The notes under the pieces were generated by a model that was given only the letters and a program-made list of their open reading frames with translations, had not been told where the DNA came from and made no database searches. From the sequence record NC_061449.1: a DNA stretch of 64,000 bases, one strand, 5' to 3'. Made by a program: the position numbers and the translations under genes. Of the stretch, positions 43,992 through 54,068 are shown piece by piece. The first letter of the stretch is position 1; the number at the start of each line of letters is the position of its first letter.

Positions 43992-45160
43992 ATGATATCA
44001 CCAAAATTGCTCGCAGCATTTTTGAACGAGGCACTATCGAGCAACGTGATGCGTTACGTGCCGTTGCGAATACAGTGCTTGTTCCAAACATGCGACTTGC
44101 CTATGAAGTCGCTGAGCCTACAGTTGAAGAAACGTATCGCCTTCTTGAGGGCATTGCGTTTACAGGTGATGGTACGCTGATGCTGCCGGGTGACGAGATC
44201 TACGCACTCGATTCTCTCCTGAACAAAGAGTGGAAGAAGACTTTCTTCGAAGCTGTTGCGAACATGACGCTTACCATGTATTGCACAGACCCGCACACCG
44301 CGGGCAAAGGCTTCTGGCCTAAGAACAACAATGATTGTTGCGAGTTTATCACACGCGCCTTTATCTGGATGCTCACTCAGCACGGTCTGACCAATATTCT
44401 GTTGCGCGATACAAGCGTCGTAAGCCATACGCGTTTGCCTCAGTTTATCATTGCGTTGCAGACAGAAGGTAAAGACGATGGCTATGCGCGTCATTTCAGT
44501 TTGTATGATCCGTATTCTGATTCAGGCAACATCACTGTTTCTAACTTGTGGTCGGACGAATACAAAGCAGCAAGAGTGAGTGAGACTCTTGCTAGTCGTC
44601 CACCTGAATACGATGCGGTTCGTCGTATGAAGTTCGATGAACTCGCTGACTTGTGCGAGCGACTGGAACTCATTGCAGTGAAGTCCGACTCGAACTGCGA
44701 TTGTGAAGATGATGACTGCGAATGCGGTGAGCTGGTAACTCGCCATGACCTCGACCGCGACCCAGACGATCTGCGTGAAATCTTCTACGCCAAGTATGGC
44801 GACCCTGACGACGAAGGCGTTGTCGATGAAGAAGCCTGGATTACAGGCGCTTCACTCATGGAAGTTGAAATCAATCTGCCGATCGTCACTTTGCATAAGC
44901 CTGTACCTAAAACGAATATGCCGCAATCTGGCCGCATGAAAACGAAAAAGCCGATGGCGAAATCGACTAACAAGAGTCGTGTCGTTCTTCGTCCAGACCA
45001 ACAGATCTGGCATGAGCTTGATGAAAAGCAAGAGTTCGGTGATCGTCGTTTTGCTATCACTCTCGTATCTCGCCATACGTGTGGTATCAATCGACCTGTA
45101 GCAACGAACAATGAAGCGCTCGCTATCGCATACGCCCTGTTAGCGCTAGAAAGCAAATAA
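43988..45160 (+). CDS. hypothetical protein, 390 aa, with Cys/acidic patch and HeH-like segment
   Basis: RRMKFDELADLCERLEL...DSNCDCEDDDCEC. Confidence 0.8.
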   Translation: MNDITKIARSIFERGTIEQRDALRAVANTVLVPNMRLAYEVAEPTVEETYRLLEGIAFTGDGTLMLPGDEIYALDSLLNKEWKKTFFEAVANMTLTMYCTDPHTAGKGFWPKNNNDCCEFITRAFIWMLTQHGLTNILLRDTSVVSHTRLPQFIIALQTEGKDDGYARHFSLYDPYSDSGNITVSNLWSDEYKAARVSETLASRPPEYDAVRRMKFDELADLCERLELIAVKSDSNCDCEDDDCECGELVTRHDLDRDPDDLREIFYAKYGDPDDEGVVDEEAWITGASLMEVEINLPIVTLHKPVPKTNMPQSGRMKTKKPMAKSTNKSRVVLRPDQQIWHELDEKQEFGDRRFAITLVSRHTCGINRPVATNNEALAIAYALLALESK

Positions 45161-45205
45161 TTGGTCAGAATAGCGCTTCTATCTGAGGCGCTTCTATGAT
45201 ATAAT
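45155..45205 (+). promoter_or_regulatory. early-type promoter P5
   Basis: AAATAATTGGTCAGAATAG...TG-A-TATAAT. Confidence 0.7.
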
Positions 45206-45272
45206 CATAGATAGAGCAATATCGCTCTCAACGTCACTTTTAACCATACGTTTATAACGGGAATTGTCATTT

Positions 45273-45575
45273 ATGTCACGCACTATTTCACGCAAGAAAG
45301 CAGTTAACCTCATGTCCACCACTTACAACGCGAAACACCCTGAGTACCTGCCTCGCCTGTTGGCCGAAGATATGGACTCGACTCACCTGTTTGAGTTTCG
45401 TGAAATGGTAATAGCCAAGATTCAATCTGGTGAAGACCCAACTAAAGTGGTCGATGATATGATCGATACTGCAATCCGCGTCACTCAGGTTCGTCGTCGT
45501 ACAAGCAACGATTACAACCCAAAGATTGCCGACGTGCTTACTGATGAACTGCGTGATATGCTCCGTAAACTCTAA
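45273..45575 (+). CDS. hypothetical protein, about 100 aa
   Basis: First ORF after P5; start uncertain. Confidence 0.65.
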   Translation: MSRTISRKKAVNLMSTTYNAKHPEYLPRLLAEDMDSTHLFEFREMVIAKIQSGEDPTKVVDDMIDTAIRVTQVRRRTSNDYNPKIADVLTDELRDMLRKL

Positions 45576-45583
45576 GGATAAAA

Positions 45584-46138
45584 ATGAAAAGCTACGGTTA
45601 CTTTTATATTCTGAATCACATCGCTATGGCCGTAGATGCACCCAACAAGGACGTTGGGTTTAAAGCTCTGATTGAACTGGATATGCTCAATCGCGCATCT
45701 ATCTTTACGCGCCCTGACGCCGAGCCCCGCGCTGCAAAACTTGTACGCGATTTAACTCAGGCAATCTATCCACCTGCCTCCGATATTCATCCGACTGTTG
45801 CGCAGCGTATGATGTTGGTTAAAGCGCTGCACGACGAAGAACTAGAATCCATCGTCGGTGGTATTCGCTTCTTCGTGCCGTTTGCGTACACGAAAGAACA
45901 ACTGACCGAGCAGTTCGGTTTCTTTGATAATGGTGAGGCGCTTAACGTGCCCTACTATCTGCGACATATGCTCATGGAAGATCAAGCCGTCTTCCTCGAT
46001 GGTAAGCTGACCAGCTTCGCGTATTCGTGCTCGCATGGAGAAGTGACGCAGACAGCCAGAACTTACGGTCTGCTTCCTGCTCAGGCTTATGGCAAAAACG
46101 ATATCCCTGAGCAATTCAAACATCTGCCTCTGTTTTAG
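45584..46138 (+). CDS. hypothetical protein, 184 aa
   Basis: AAGGA RBS. Confidence 0.75.
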   Translation: MKSYGYFYILNHIAMAVDAPNKDVGFKALIELDMLNRASIFTRPDAEPRAAKLVRDLTQAIYPPASDIHPTVAQRMMLVKALHDEELESIVGGIRFFVPFAYTKEQLTEQFGFFDNGEALNVPYYLRHMLMEDQAVFLDGKLTSFAYSCSHGEVTQTARTYGLLPAQAYGKNDIPEQFKHLPLF

Positions 46139-46150
46139 GAGACAACACTC

Positions 46151-46609
46151 ATGGGAGTTGTTAACGGCATAACCGCTACCACGTTCCCTTCGCGGGGACG
46201 TGACGAGGGCCAGAAGATTGCTCTCAAGACTCGCTGGGGAATTTATCCAGCGGTTATTGTGCGACAGGATAACGACCAGCCGTACAATGAGATATGGAAG
46301 ATCGATGCAAAGAATCTTCCTCGTCGTTATTTCGCAGAAAGCGATGACCTGTTCGTGTCGCGCCATTACATTGAGAACTACGCGAAGCATTCACCTATCT
46401 GTGCTAAAGGTGAGTACGAAGATCAGTTCGTCGATGTGGTGTTTGACCACGACACACAGAATAAATGCGAAGGCGTCGTTGTGACGCATCGTGATTTGCT
46501 TGTGGTAATTCTTATTACTACAGGCCCACATTCAGGTCGCTACGTTACTGGCAAAGAATGTCAGTACGCACCCCGACCTCGCTTCACCAAAGAACTTATC
46601 GACAACTAA
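46151..46609 (+). CDS. hypothetical protein, 152 aa
   Basis: AGGAG RBS. Confidence 0.75.
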   Translation: MGVVNGITATTFPSRGRDEGQKIALKTRWGIYPAVIVRQDNDQPYNEIWKIDAKNLPRRYFAESDDLFVSRHYIENYAKHSPICAKGEYEDQFVDVVFDHDTQNKCEGVVVTHRDLLVVILITTGPHSGRYVTGKECQYAPRPRFTKELIDN

Positions 46610-46619
46610 GGACATAAGA

Positions 46620-47147
46620 ATGCAATTCAAAGTAATGCCTGACCTCGAACGTTTCCCAGACTTCATTATGCCTAAACGTGCTACTGCACACTCGGCTGGG
46701 TTTGACCTGTTTGCGCAGGAAGATATGATCATCACAAACAACACCGAGCTGTTCGAGCTGGGGTTCAAAGCAGCCGTACCTCGCGAGGTTACTGGCGCTA
46801 ACGATCAGGTTCCGAAGGAGTACGTAGGGATCATCTTCCCACGCAGTGGCCTGGGCGCCAAGTTCAACTGTCAACTGTCTAACACGCTGGGTGTAATTGA
46901 TAGCGACTACCGCGGTCAGTGGATGGCTGCTCTGCATCTCGGCGGCAAGGGGACTAAGGTCCAAAGCACGGAAACCAATCGACCTAACCACGGTGAAACG
47001 CAACGCCTCGTGATCAAGCGCGGCGAAGCATTTGCACAAGTGCTGTTCTTCGAAGTACCTCAGGTGACTGTTGTTCAGGTTACCGAACTGGATGACACAG
47101 AGCGTGGCGAGGGTGGTTTCGGTTCCACCACTAAGCCTAGTGAGTAA
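46620..47147 (+). CDS. dut: trimeric dUTPase
   Basis: Motifs SAGFDL, PRSGLG, GVIDSDYRG, FAQ and RGEGGFGST. Confidence 0.95.
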   Translation: MQFKVMPDLERFPDFIMPKRATAHSAGFDLFAQEDMIITNNTELFELGFKAAVPREVTGANDQVPKEYVGIIFPRSGLGAKFNCQLSNTLGVIDSDYRGQWMAALHLGGKGTKVQSTETNRPNHGETQRLVIKRGEAFAQVLFFEVPQVTVVQVTELDDTERGEGGFGSTTKPSE

Positions 47148-47355
47148 TCTCTGGGTATTGTTCATTGCCTACTATGTTGTAGGCATTATTCAGTTCGCAA
47201 GAGAACTGCGATCTATATCGAACGATGATCCAGAAGTCAAAGCGTTCAATCGCAGCATGGACGATCAGTCCAATGTCCAAGTTCTCTGGACTGGACTCAA
47301 ACTCGCTATGGCGGTGATATTCATTCACATTCCGTGCTGGATATTCCGCATATAG
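47140..47355 (+). CDS. small membrane protein
   Basis: GTG start overlapping the end of dut; two hydrophobic segments. Confidence 0.55.
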   Translation: MSNLWVLFIAYYVVGIIQFARELRSISNDDPEVKAFNRSMDDQSNVQVLWTGLKLAMAVIFIHIPCWIFRI

Positions 47356-47413
47356 TGATGCTACTCACACGAGGGACCTTACGTGGGTTCCTCATTATCG
47401 TAATATAAACACT

Positions 47414-47728
47414 ATGGCAAAGAAAACTTATCTGCTGCCCCGTGAGCGACCTAGCCCGTTGCCGAACTTACGAGCCTATCTCGCGTTCCTCGCCCGGAAG
47501 CCTAACGCTAATCGCGCAGTATTAGAATCGTATTGTAATGCAAGTCTGGCTCAAATGCGCCGCCACCGTTTCTTTGTAGGTAAGCTCTTTGGCTACAAGG
47601 TGTATACGAAATCGAACAAGCTCGCATACACGGTTGTGTGGATCGACCCATACAACTACGATTGTCTTGTTCTGAATCATCAAAGGAGAATAGTAGAGTT
47701 CAAAAACCTTTACGGCCTGCTTTTATAG
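47414..47728 (+). CDS. basic hypothetical protein, 104 aa
   Basis: Complete ORF; weak RBS. Confidence 0.6.
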   Translation: MAKKTYLLPRERPSPLPNLRAYLAFLARKPNANRAVLESYCNASLAQMRRHRFFVGKLFGYKVYTKSNKLAYTVVWIDPYNYDCLVLNHQRRIVEFKNLYGLLL

Positions 47729-47766
47729 TTAGGTCCTAGCGCCTTCACACTAGGGGAAATCTTCCG

Positions 47767-48444
47767 ATGATAACTGTTCTTAACAATCGTACCGACGAGG
47801 TAATTAAACGCCTGAACGTAGCAGTATGGATCTGTGTCGCAATCATGTTTGCTGTCTTCATTGCAGTCGTGAGCAACGCACGAGCCAGTATGTCTACAGG
47901 CCCTGACAACGCCATTGATCTTTCATCCTCCGTGTCACTCGATCCCTCCAATCGCGTGGCAACCAAATACAAGGAGATAGAAAAGGCAGTAGCTGTGAAA
48001 GAAGAACGAAGGCCCAAACGTTATGTAACGAGAGAGCGCCTCCGACAACTTTATGCTCACTTGCCTCATCCGTCTGACTTGGGCAAGCAGATTGATTTGG
48101 CCGCAGAGAAGTACAATGTAGATGCAAAACTGCTTCTATCAATCTGTGTGTCCGAGTCGCATCTTCGTGCAAAGGTCAGGAACAAGTCTGGTGCTACAGG
48201 TCTGTGTCAAATCATGCCTAACATGCACGGACGTTCTGTACGGGAACTCATGGACTACCGAATCAATGTTGATCAGGCAGCCCAGATTGTTGCGTTACTA
48301 AACAAGCAGTGTAAAGGCCGACGCGCTTGCGTTATCCAAAGTTACAACACTGGTTGGGGAGCATATTTGAAAGGGGTTCGTTCCCCTCAATATTTAGCGA
48401 AAGTACAGACTGAGTATCGCCGCAAGCATACTCCATCTTCCTAA
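47767..48444 (+). CDS. SLT-domain lytic transglycosylase with N-terminal TM/signal segment
   Basis: AAEKYNVD..LL.SI..SES (catalytic Glu), GATGLCQIMP, SYNTG. Confidence 0.85.
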   Translation: MITVLNNRTDEVIKRLNVAVWICVAIMFAVFIAVVSNARASMSTGPDNAIDLSSSVSLDPSNRVATKYKEIEKAVAVKEERRPKRYVTRERLRQLYAHLPHPSDLGKQIDLAAEKYNVDAKLLLSICVSESHLRAKVRNKSGATGLCQIMPNMHGRSVRELMDYRINVDQAAQIVALLNKQCKGRRACVIQSYNTGWGAYLKGVRSPQYLAKVQTEYRRKHTPSS

Positions 48445-48459
48445 TAAGAGGACATAATA

Positions 48460-49146
48460 ATGAACATCAATATCACCACGCTGTACAAAATGCAATTCCA
48501 GTTACTGAAACCTCTGTCACCTCGTCAGGAGTATGCGCTTGTCGTGCTGCTCTGTGACAACGTGCAAGACGGTGATGTGGCTGCACTGGCACAAGTAATC
48601 GTTCGTGACTATCCGCACGTTGCGCGTCTGTATGATGCGTTCGCTGCTGCCAACCAGTACGAAAACGCTGTGCCGTTTATCGTACCTGTGTTGAACTCCG
48701 ATGAAGTCACCGAAGAGATCTTCTGCATTCGTAATCACGCTCTGGTTGTTGCACCTGACCTGCGTGATTCCCTGTATCAGGCTCTGACTCGCGTTGTAAT
48801 GATGCGTGAAACTCCTGATGAATTGCTGATGCGTGAAGGCGCTGAATTGATTCTGGTCCATGACGCTTTGCCGTTCTTGCTAGGCCAGTTCGTTGACAGT
48901 ATGCTCGACGCGTACAACTGTGGTGTGCTGCCTATGGTTATTCGTCCTACGAAAGACCAGCAGGCTATGCGTGATGATCGCCTCTTGTCGTTTGAGATGT
49001 TGCGTGACAGCAATATGTTCTCTGGAAGTCTGGACTTTACTAAAGCTCTACAGCCGAGCGAAAAAGCGAAAGCAATTGCTGCCCAGCTTATCTCTCGTCT
49101 GCGTGGTGTCAAGCCTGTACACGGCTTCGACGCAGTAGCACAATAA
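48460..49146 (+). CDS. hypothetical protein, 228 aa
   Basis: GAGGA RBS. Confidence 0.8.
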   Translation: MNINITTLYKMQFQLLKPLSPRQEYALVVLLCDNVQDGDVAALAQVIVRDYPHVARLYDAFAAANQYENAVPFIVPVLNSDEVTEEIFCIRNHALVVAPDLRDSLYQALTRVVMMRETPDELLMREGAELILVHDALPFLLGQFVDSMLDAYNCGVLPMVIRPTKDQQAMRDDRLLSFEMLRDSNMFSGSLDFTKALQPSEKAKAIAAQLISRLRGVKPVHGFDAVAQ

Positions 49147-49151
49147 AACTC

Positions 49152-49182
49152 AACGGGAGACCTTAACTGGTTTCCCGTTTTT
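49152..49182 (+). terminator. intrinsic terminator
   Basis: AACGGGAGACC-TTAACT-GGTTTCCCGTT followed by TTT. Confidence 0.8.
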
Positions 49183-49212
49183 CATTTCTGCGCAAATTTT
49201 GAGACTACGACA

Positions 49213-50154
49213 ATGACTAAAATGACTAACATGCCATTCAGCACCTCTCTTGAACGTAATGCTTTCTTCAATGAGCACGTTCTCTCCTTAGACCTGTGGC
49301 CAGTATGGAAATACGTTGACGCTAACAACAATCCTCAATGGCAGGGTGACCCGCTGCTGCACCACATGCACTATCACTCTACCGAACATATGAAGCAGGT
49401 TACTGCGCTTGCGCTATGGTTACTTCTTCAGGAGATGGAGTATCAGTGGCAGTACGATAACGGTGCCCTGCCACTGGCCGTCGCGTGTATGTTCCATGAT
49501 ATGCACCATTCGCTCGGACGTCTTAGCGATGAAGTTAACGTCCGTACTTCACAAGATGCTTTCAAGCAGTATCTGACGGTATGCGAAGACCAACGCATTA
49601 AAGATCACGAAGAAATCATTCTCGATCTGATAGGCGTTACGCAATTTCCGTACATGAAGAATCGTCAGCCGAAGAATCTTATTGAGCGTTGTATTCGTGA
49701 TGCGGATATTCTTTATGGTATGCAGGATGATGCACTGGATGTTGTGATGTTTGCCTTGCGCCGTGAGGTAAATCGAAGCGTCAATACGCCAACCCACTTC
49801 ACAGCAGAACAATGGGCAGCAGGTCGTGTTGATTTTCTTATGTCTGTTGAGATGTACACGCCAACTGCGAATACAATTATGGATTGGTTGCTTGTTCAAG
49901 ATAACGATCACAACCATCAGGCTAAGATTGATAGCTGGATGCGGGACAACGTTATCTTCCGTGATACGACGGCAAACAAACTTCGCGCCAATGACGTGTT
50001 GTTCATTGATACTGAATCAGATAGTACGCCAAAGCGTCGTCTGATTGAACGTGTGGAATCAGTACACCCGTATATCAACTTCTACTTCCACGACGGCGAA
50101 GCTCTTTCGCTGCGTGATGGTGAGAGTTGCGTCGTGTGCGAAAGACGCAAATAA
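49213..50154 (+). CDS. HD-domain metal-dependent phosphohydrolase
   Basis: HYHSTEH...MFHDMHHS...IRDADILY. Confidence 0.8.
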   Translation: MTKMTNMPFSTSLERNAFFNEHVLSLDLWPVWKYVDANNNPQWQGDPLLHHMHYHSTEHMKQVTALALWLLLQEMEYQWQYDNGALPLAVACMFHDMHHSLGRLSDEVNVRTSQDAFKQYLTVCEDQRIKDHEEIILDLIGVTQFPYMKNRQPKNLIERCIRDADILYGMQDDALDVVMFALRREVNRSVNTPTHFTAEQWAAGRVDFLMSVEMYTPTANTIMDWLLVQDNDHNHQAKIDSWMRDNVIFRDTTANKLRANDVLFIDTESDSTPKRRLIERVESVHPYINFYFHDGEALSLRDGESCVVCERRK

Positions 50155-50199
50155 TAGGCTGAAATAGCCGTACTGTCTAAAGTGCGCCTATGATACAAT
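50149..50199 (+). promoter_or_regulatory. early-type promoter P6 (divergent copy)
   Basis: AAATAATAGGCTGAAATAG...TG-A-TACAAT. Confidence 0.6.
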
Positions 50200-50255
50200 A
50201 TGCGTAAAGCAGAAGAACGCGCACTGCATCACCCACGTAAACTGAGATACTGATT

Positions 50256-50561
50256 ATGCCTACTAACCACAATGACGTTCTGGAAAAGAAAGTAAAACGC
50301 GCCCTTGAAATTTGCTGGAATGAAACGGCAAAGAACAATTCAGGACCGACGACTTATGCGTTTCTTGCATCTTCGTTTGCTGCTGATGGTCGCATCCTGT
50401 TTGAACATGAATTGAAGATGATCGGCGACTGGCTGCGCGACGGTATTAACATCAACCTGTATGGTCGCTTTGCCGTAACTACCTACACAAGCAATAAGGG
50501 CTTCATGGTGGCATTCCAGCCTGTTGCTGACCTAGAAGATATCGTTGAGATGGAGCTGTAA
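50256..50561 (+). CDS. hypothetical protein, 101 aa
   Basis: First ORF after P6. Confidence 0.7.
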   Translation: MPTNHNDVLEKKVKRALEICWNETAKNNSGPTTYAFLASSFAADGRILFEHELKMIGDWLRDGININLYGRFAVTTYTSNKGFMVAFQPVADLEDIVEMEL

Positions 50562-50562
50562 C

Positions 50563-51138
50563 ATGGAACAGATTGATATGTTTGATACACAGGGTGCGCA
50601 TGAAATCTCCGAGTACACCGAACTTGATTCAGATCGTTTGCATCCGTCTGAGGTTACGCGCAATGACCGTCGCGTGATCGCTGCGTTCGGTCAGCCTGTA
50701 CTTAGTGACGAATATCTTGCTAAGTACCCGAGTATGCGTCCTGGTAAATTGAAGTTTCGCAAGAAGCTGGTTATGGTTCATGAGTTCGTGCTCGTCACGC
50801 ATGATAAACTGAAAGCCAGTTTATTGAAAAAGCAGGGCGACGTGCGCCGTATGAGCAATGCTGACCCGCAGTACCTGATCAATGTGTATAACCACACAGA
50901 GAAGGTAGCGTTGTTCATGCGCGACTTTGAAGACTTCATGAGCCACTTCATGAATGCCCTTCACCTGTTTACTGTGGCGACTGTGTATGATGGCCGTCTG
51001 CTTGTGTTTGCAGAGAACGGCGATCCGCTTGTCACCTCAGAAGAAACGTTGGCGATGCTCACCGAGATTGAGCACTTCATCAACAAAAGCAAAGTGTATC
51101 GCGTACACTCACAACACGCCATCTACCGTACAATCTAA
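50563..51138 (+). CDS. hypothetical protein, 191 aa
   Basis: GGAG RBS before ATG 50563. Confidence 0.75.
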   Translation: MEQIDMFDTQGAHEISEYTELDSDRLHPSEVTRNDRRVIAAFGQPVLSDEYLAKYPSMRPGKLKFRKKLVMVHEFVLVTHDKLKASLLKKQGDVRRMSNADPQYLINVYNHTEKVALFMRDFEDFMSHFMNALHLFTVATVYDGRLLVFAENGDPLVTSEETLAMLTEIEHFINKSKVYRVHSQHAIYRTI

Positions 51139-51185
51139 TCTATCAATCGAGGCAGCGCTCACGGGTGCTGCACAGGAGAAACATT

Positions 51186-52724
51186 ATGTCATTCGATCTT
51201 CGTCAAAACTTACTGCTTGTTCGTGACGCTGCCTTGACAGGCAAGCCGCTGTTTTATTTCTACAACGCCATGGGACGTGAGATGGTTCTTACTGGCGATG
51301 TGCTGCGTGAAATCATTGAGCGCCAGAAAGAAGGTACGCTCTGCACTAACACTTACTGGGGTTTCGCGTCTGACCCTACGCTAGAGGTTTGGTCGTTCGA
51401 CGATAACAATGACCTAATGCTTCACCATCACGTAGGCAAGTCCTGCAAAACGTTCCTGCCGTATGAGATGCTTGAGAGTGCTCACGAAGGCTTCAAGCCC
51501 ATCAATGGTCTGTTCATCGAAGACAGTCTGCGCCGCATAATCAAGATTCATCTCAAGGCAACATGCCGTGAGGAACAAAAGATCACTTGGTTTGCCGATC
51601 TACCTGAGTCCGAAATGCGTAGCATGTTGTTATCTCTCGGTGTGGGTCCGATGCGTGTGTCGCGGGAAGACAAAGAAGGTCTGGTCAAGCTGCATGGCCG
51701 TTGGCTGGAAGACTTCGATGATAAGTACAAGTACACGCATAACGCAATCGGCTTGGACGACAACGAAAAAATTCCTGCTGACTATCGCCCTGACCGCATT
51801 CGTGACATTACGAAGCGTATGATGGCTAATGGCAAAACTCAGGATATGATGGACCAAACTCTGAATGACTTGTTGCGTCAGTGTCGTATTCGCGGCGATA
51901 TCCCGCATCCGGGCCGTAACTTCAATCGCCATCAATTGACTTGCTACTACGCAACGCATTTGATCTTTGCGCACGACGCGAAAGAGAAAATGTCAGAACT
52001 GATTGATAATCCGCAATTCGTGGTCAACTTCATTTATGGCTGGTACCCGGAATATACGTGGATTACGATCAACGAAGAAACGTTCGAGTATCAGCAGTCG
52101 CTGGTACGTGCCGCGCTGATCAGTCTGCAACGTCATGTGCAGAATGAAGTTGATGTATACAAGATCGATCATGGCATGGTTAAGTTTGCAGACAACTTCG
52201 AACCAAAAACAAACGAAAAGCCAGAAGATGATGGTGATCTTGATCTGGATAAACTGGACAGAGATGGTCTGTTAGAGCTGGTCATCCAGTATAAGCTGGC
52301 CTCAGCAAAGAAAGCCGCATCACTCGATATTTCTGAGTTACGTGAGCTTTGTGAAGACCATTTCGGGTATGATGAAGTTGAAGAGGACGAGCCAGAACAG
52401 GAGCGTGAGCCTCGTAAATTCCCAGCCGTCAGCGATGACCGTAATATCAGCTACGAAGCGATTCGTAAGGTTCTGATGAAAGCTAAAGTTCCTCGCGCTA
52501 CCTACGCAGGCGACCTGTACTCAAACAACCGAGCAACTGTAAGCAAAGTACGTAAGAGCATAATCAGTGCTCTGACAAATGCAGTTGAAGAGGGTATGCT
52601 GAATAAACTGCCTCAAATCTCATTAGAGGCTATTGCATACGCTCTGACAAAAATGAAAGACGGTGATCGCTATCCGCGTGACGCTGAGTACCTGAAAGAA
52701 CTAATTAAACACGCACTGCGTTAA
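51186..52724 (+). CDS. hypothetical multidomain protein, 512 aa, with HeH-like segment
   Basis: AGGAG RBS; LDKLDRDGLLELVIQYKL...LDISELRELC. Confidence 0.8.
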   Translation: MSFDLRQNLLLVRDAALTGKPLFYFYNAMGREMVLTGDVLREIIERQKEGTLCTNTYWGFASDPTLEVWSFDDNNDLMLHHHVGKSCKTFLPYEMLESAHEGFKPINGLFIEDSLRRIIKIHLKATCREEQKITWFADLPESEMRSMLLSLGVGPMRVSREDKEGLVKLHGRWLEDFDDKYKYTHNAIGLDDNEKIPADYRPDRIRDITKRMMANGKTQDMMDQTLNDLLRQCRIRGDIPHPGRNFNRHQLTCYYATHLIFAHDAKEKMSELIDNPQFVVNFIYGWYPEYTWITINEETFEYQQSLVRAALISLQRHVQNEVDVYKIDHGMVKFADNFEPKTNEKPEDDGDLDLDKLDRDGLLELVIQYKLASAKKAASLDISELRELCEDHFGYDEVEEDEPEQEREPRKFPAVSDDRNISYEAIRKVLMKAKVPRATYAGDLYSNNRATVSKVRKSIISALTNAVEEGMLNKLPQISLEAIAYALTKMKDGDRYPRDAEYLKELIKHALR

Positions 52725-52758
52725 TAGTCAATCATACCTAACATTGTAGGGAACAAAA

Positions 52759-53181
52759 ATGAAATTCGAACAAAACATTCTGGTTGTAAATCGCATCGCT
52801 CTTATCATGAACGACGAGCTAGTTCAGAAATGGGGCGAAGCTGCAAATGCTAACCGCGAAGCTGCGCAATATGCAACTGTAGTTATTCTGGCAAAACTCC
52901 AGCAACGTATCTTAGCTGCATTGTACAGTGAGAACATGGAAGCGTGTGCGCGTCCTGAACTTCTTTGGACTGACTATGGCGCTATCTCAACTAGTGGTCT
53001 GTTTATCATATCATCTGGTGCCGACCCGGAAATGTTGAACCATTACGAAGACCACGATTACTTGAACCACCTGCACACAATCAAACGTGTCGCCGAAGAG
53101 AATGGGTTTAAGCTGTCTGTCTTCCCTGTGAAAGCAAACTTCCCGTTCGCTAATACTGAAATCCCGGCAGATATGCAGTGA
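52759..53181 (+). CDS. hypothetical protein, 140 aa
   Basis: AGGGA RBS. Confidence 0.75.
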   Translation: MKFEQNILVVNRIALIMNDELVQKWGEAANANREAAQYATVVILAKLQQRILAALYSENMEACARPELLWTDYGAISTSGLFIISSGADPEMLNHYEDHDYLNHLHTIKRVAEENGFKLSVFPVKANFPFANTEIPADMQ

Positions 53182-53189
53182 GGTGATCT

Positions 53190-53495
53190 ATGACTGATAA
53201 ACTGACGTTGGTACCGAATGTCGCTATCGTCCTGAAGATGAACGAGCGCCGCTCATTCTTAGGGCCGAAAGAAGATGGGTTTGTCTATCTGGCGAGCAAG
53301 GAAGCGCTCGATAAATTCGAGGCACATATCTTGCGCTACCGCAGCCGCGAAGAATACTCTGAGATAGACGAGCGTGAATTACGCGCTCTGACAGACGACG
53401 GTATTTTAGCTCTGAGTCATGCAGTCAAAGAAGACCCAGAACGCCCCTGGCTGTGGACAAAGACAGACTTTCGCATCAAGCTCTGGCAAGCATAA
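53190..53495 (+). CDS. hypothetical protein, 101 aa
   Basis: GAGGTG RBS; stop codon lies inside P7. Confidence 0.75.
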   Translation: MTDKLTLVPNVAIVLKMNERRSFLGPKEDGFVYLASKEALDKFEAHILRYRSREEYSEIDERELRALTDDGILALSHAVKEDPERPWLWTKTDFRIKLWQA

Positions 53496-53543
53496 AACTG
53501 GACAAAATGAGGCTAGTATTTGATGGTCTCATTGTGTTATACT
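53493..53543 (+). promoter_or_regulatory. early-type promoter P7
   Basis: TAAAACTGGACAAAATGAG...TG-T-TATACT. Confidence 0.75.
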
Positions 53544-53596
53544 AAAAGCGTAGCTTGTGCTGCGCTTTTTTCACTTATGTCTGAGGAGACAACAAA

Positions 53597-54061
53597 ATGC
53601 TGAACGAAACGAAAGCAACCTTATCTGATATCGAATTGCAGGACCGTATGATGGACTCTGCTGTCCAAAAAGTTATCGAACTGAAACCTGAATGGATCGA
53701 CGTTTGTGCTGCGGGTCTCCGACTGTATCTGACAGTATGTGACCAGCTCGGCGGTCCGATTCCTGAAATGCGTTTCGTTCACAACAACAAGCCGTGCAAA
53801 CTCTCGTTCAACCTGAAAGAAGCTACTGAGGGTAGTGAGTTCGTTGCGAACGATATCGATCACGAAAAGCAGATGGAAATTTGTGAAGCTATTCTCGCTA
53901 CAGCCGAAGCAAATGAAGAAGGTCACTCGCTTATGGATCTTGCGATTTGCTCTGGTCGTCTGTTTATGATTGGTTATGACGGACTTGCTGGTACTATCGA
54001 CAAAGTGTGTTTCCGCCACGCTAAAAAGAACTACACAATGAATCTGGTCAAAGAGGCCTGA
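53597..54061 (+). CDS. hypothetical protein, 154 aa, with internal two-fold repeat
   Basis: RBS hairpin TGTCT-GAGG-AGACA; D....RL(Y/F)...D.L.G.I....F.H..K occurs twice. Confidence 0.8.
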   Translation: MLNETKATLSDIELQDRMMDSAVQKVIELKPEWIDVCAAGLRLYLTVCDQLGGPIPEMRFVHNNKPCKLSFNLKEATEGSEFVANDIDHEKQMEICEAILATAEANEEGHSLMDLAICSGRLFMIGYDGLAGTIDKVCFRHAKKNYTMNLVKEA

Positions 54062-54068
54062 GATTCTA

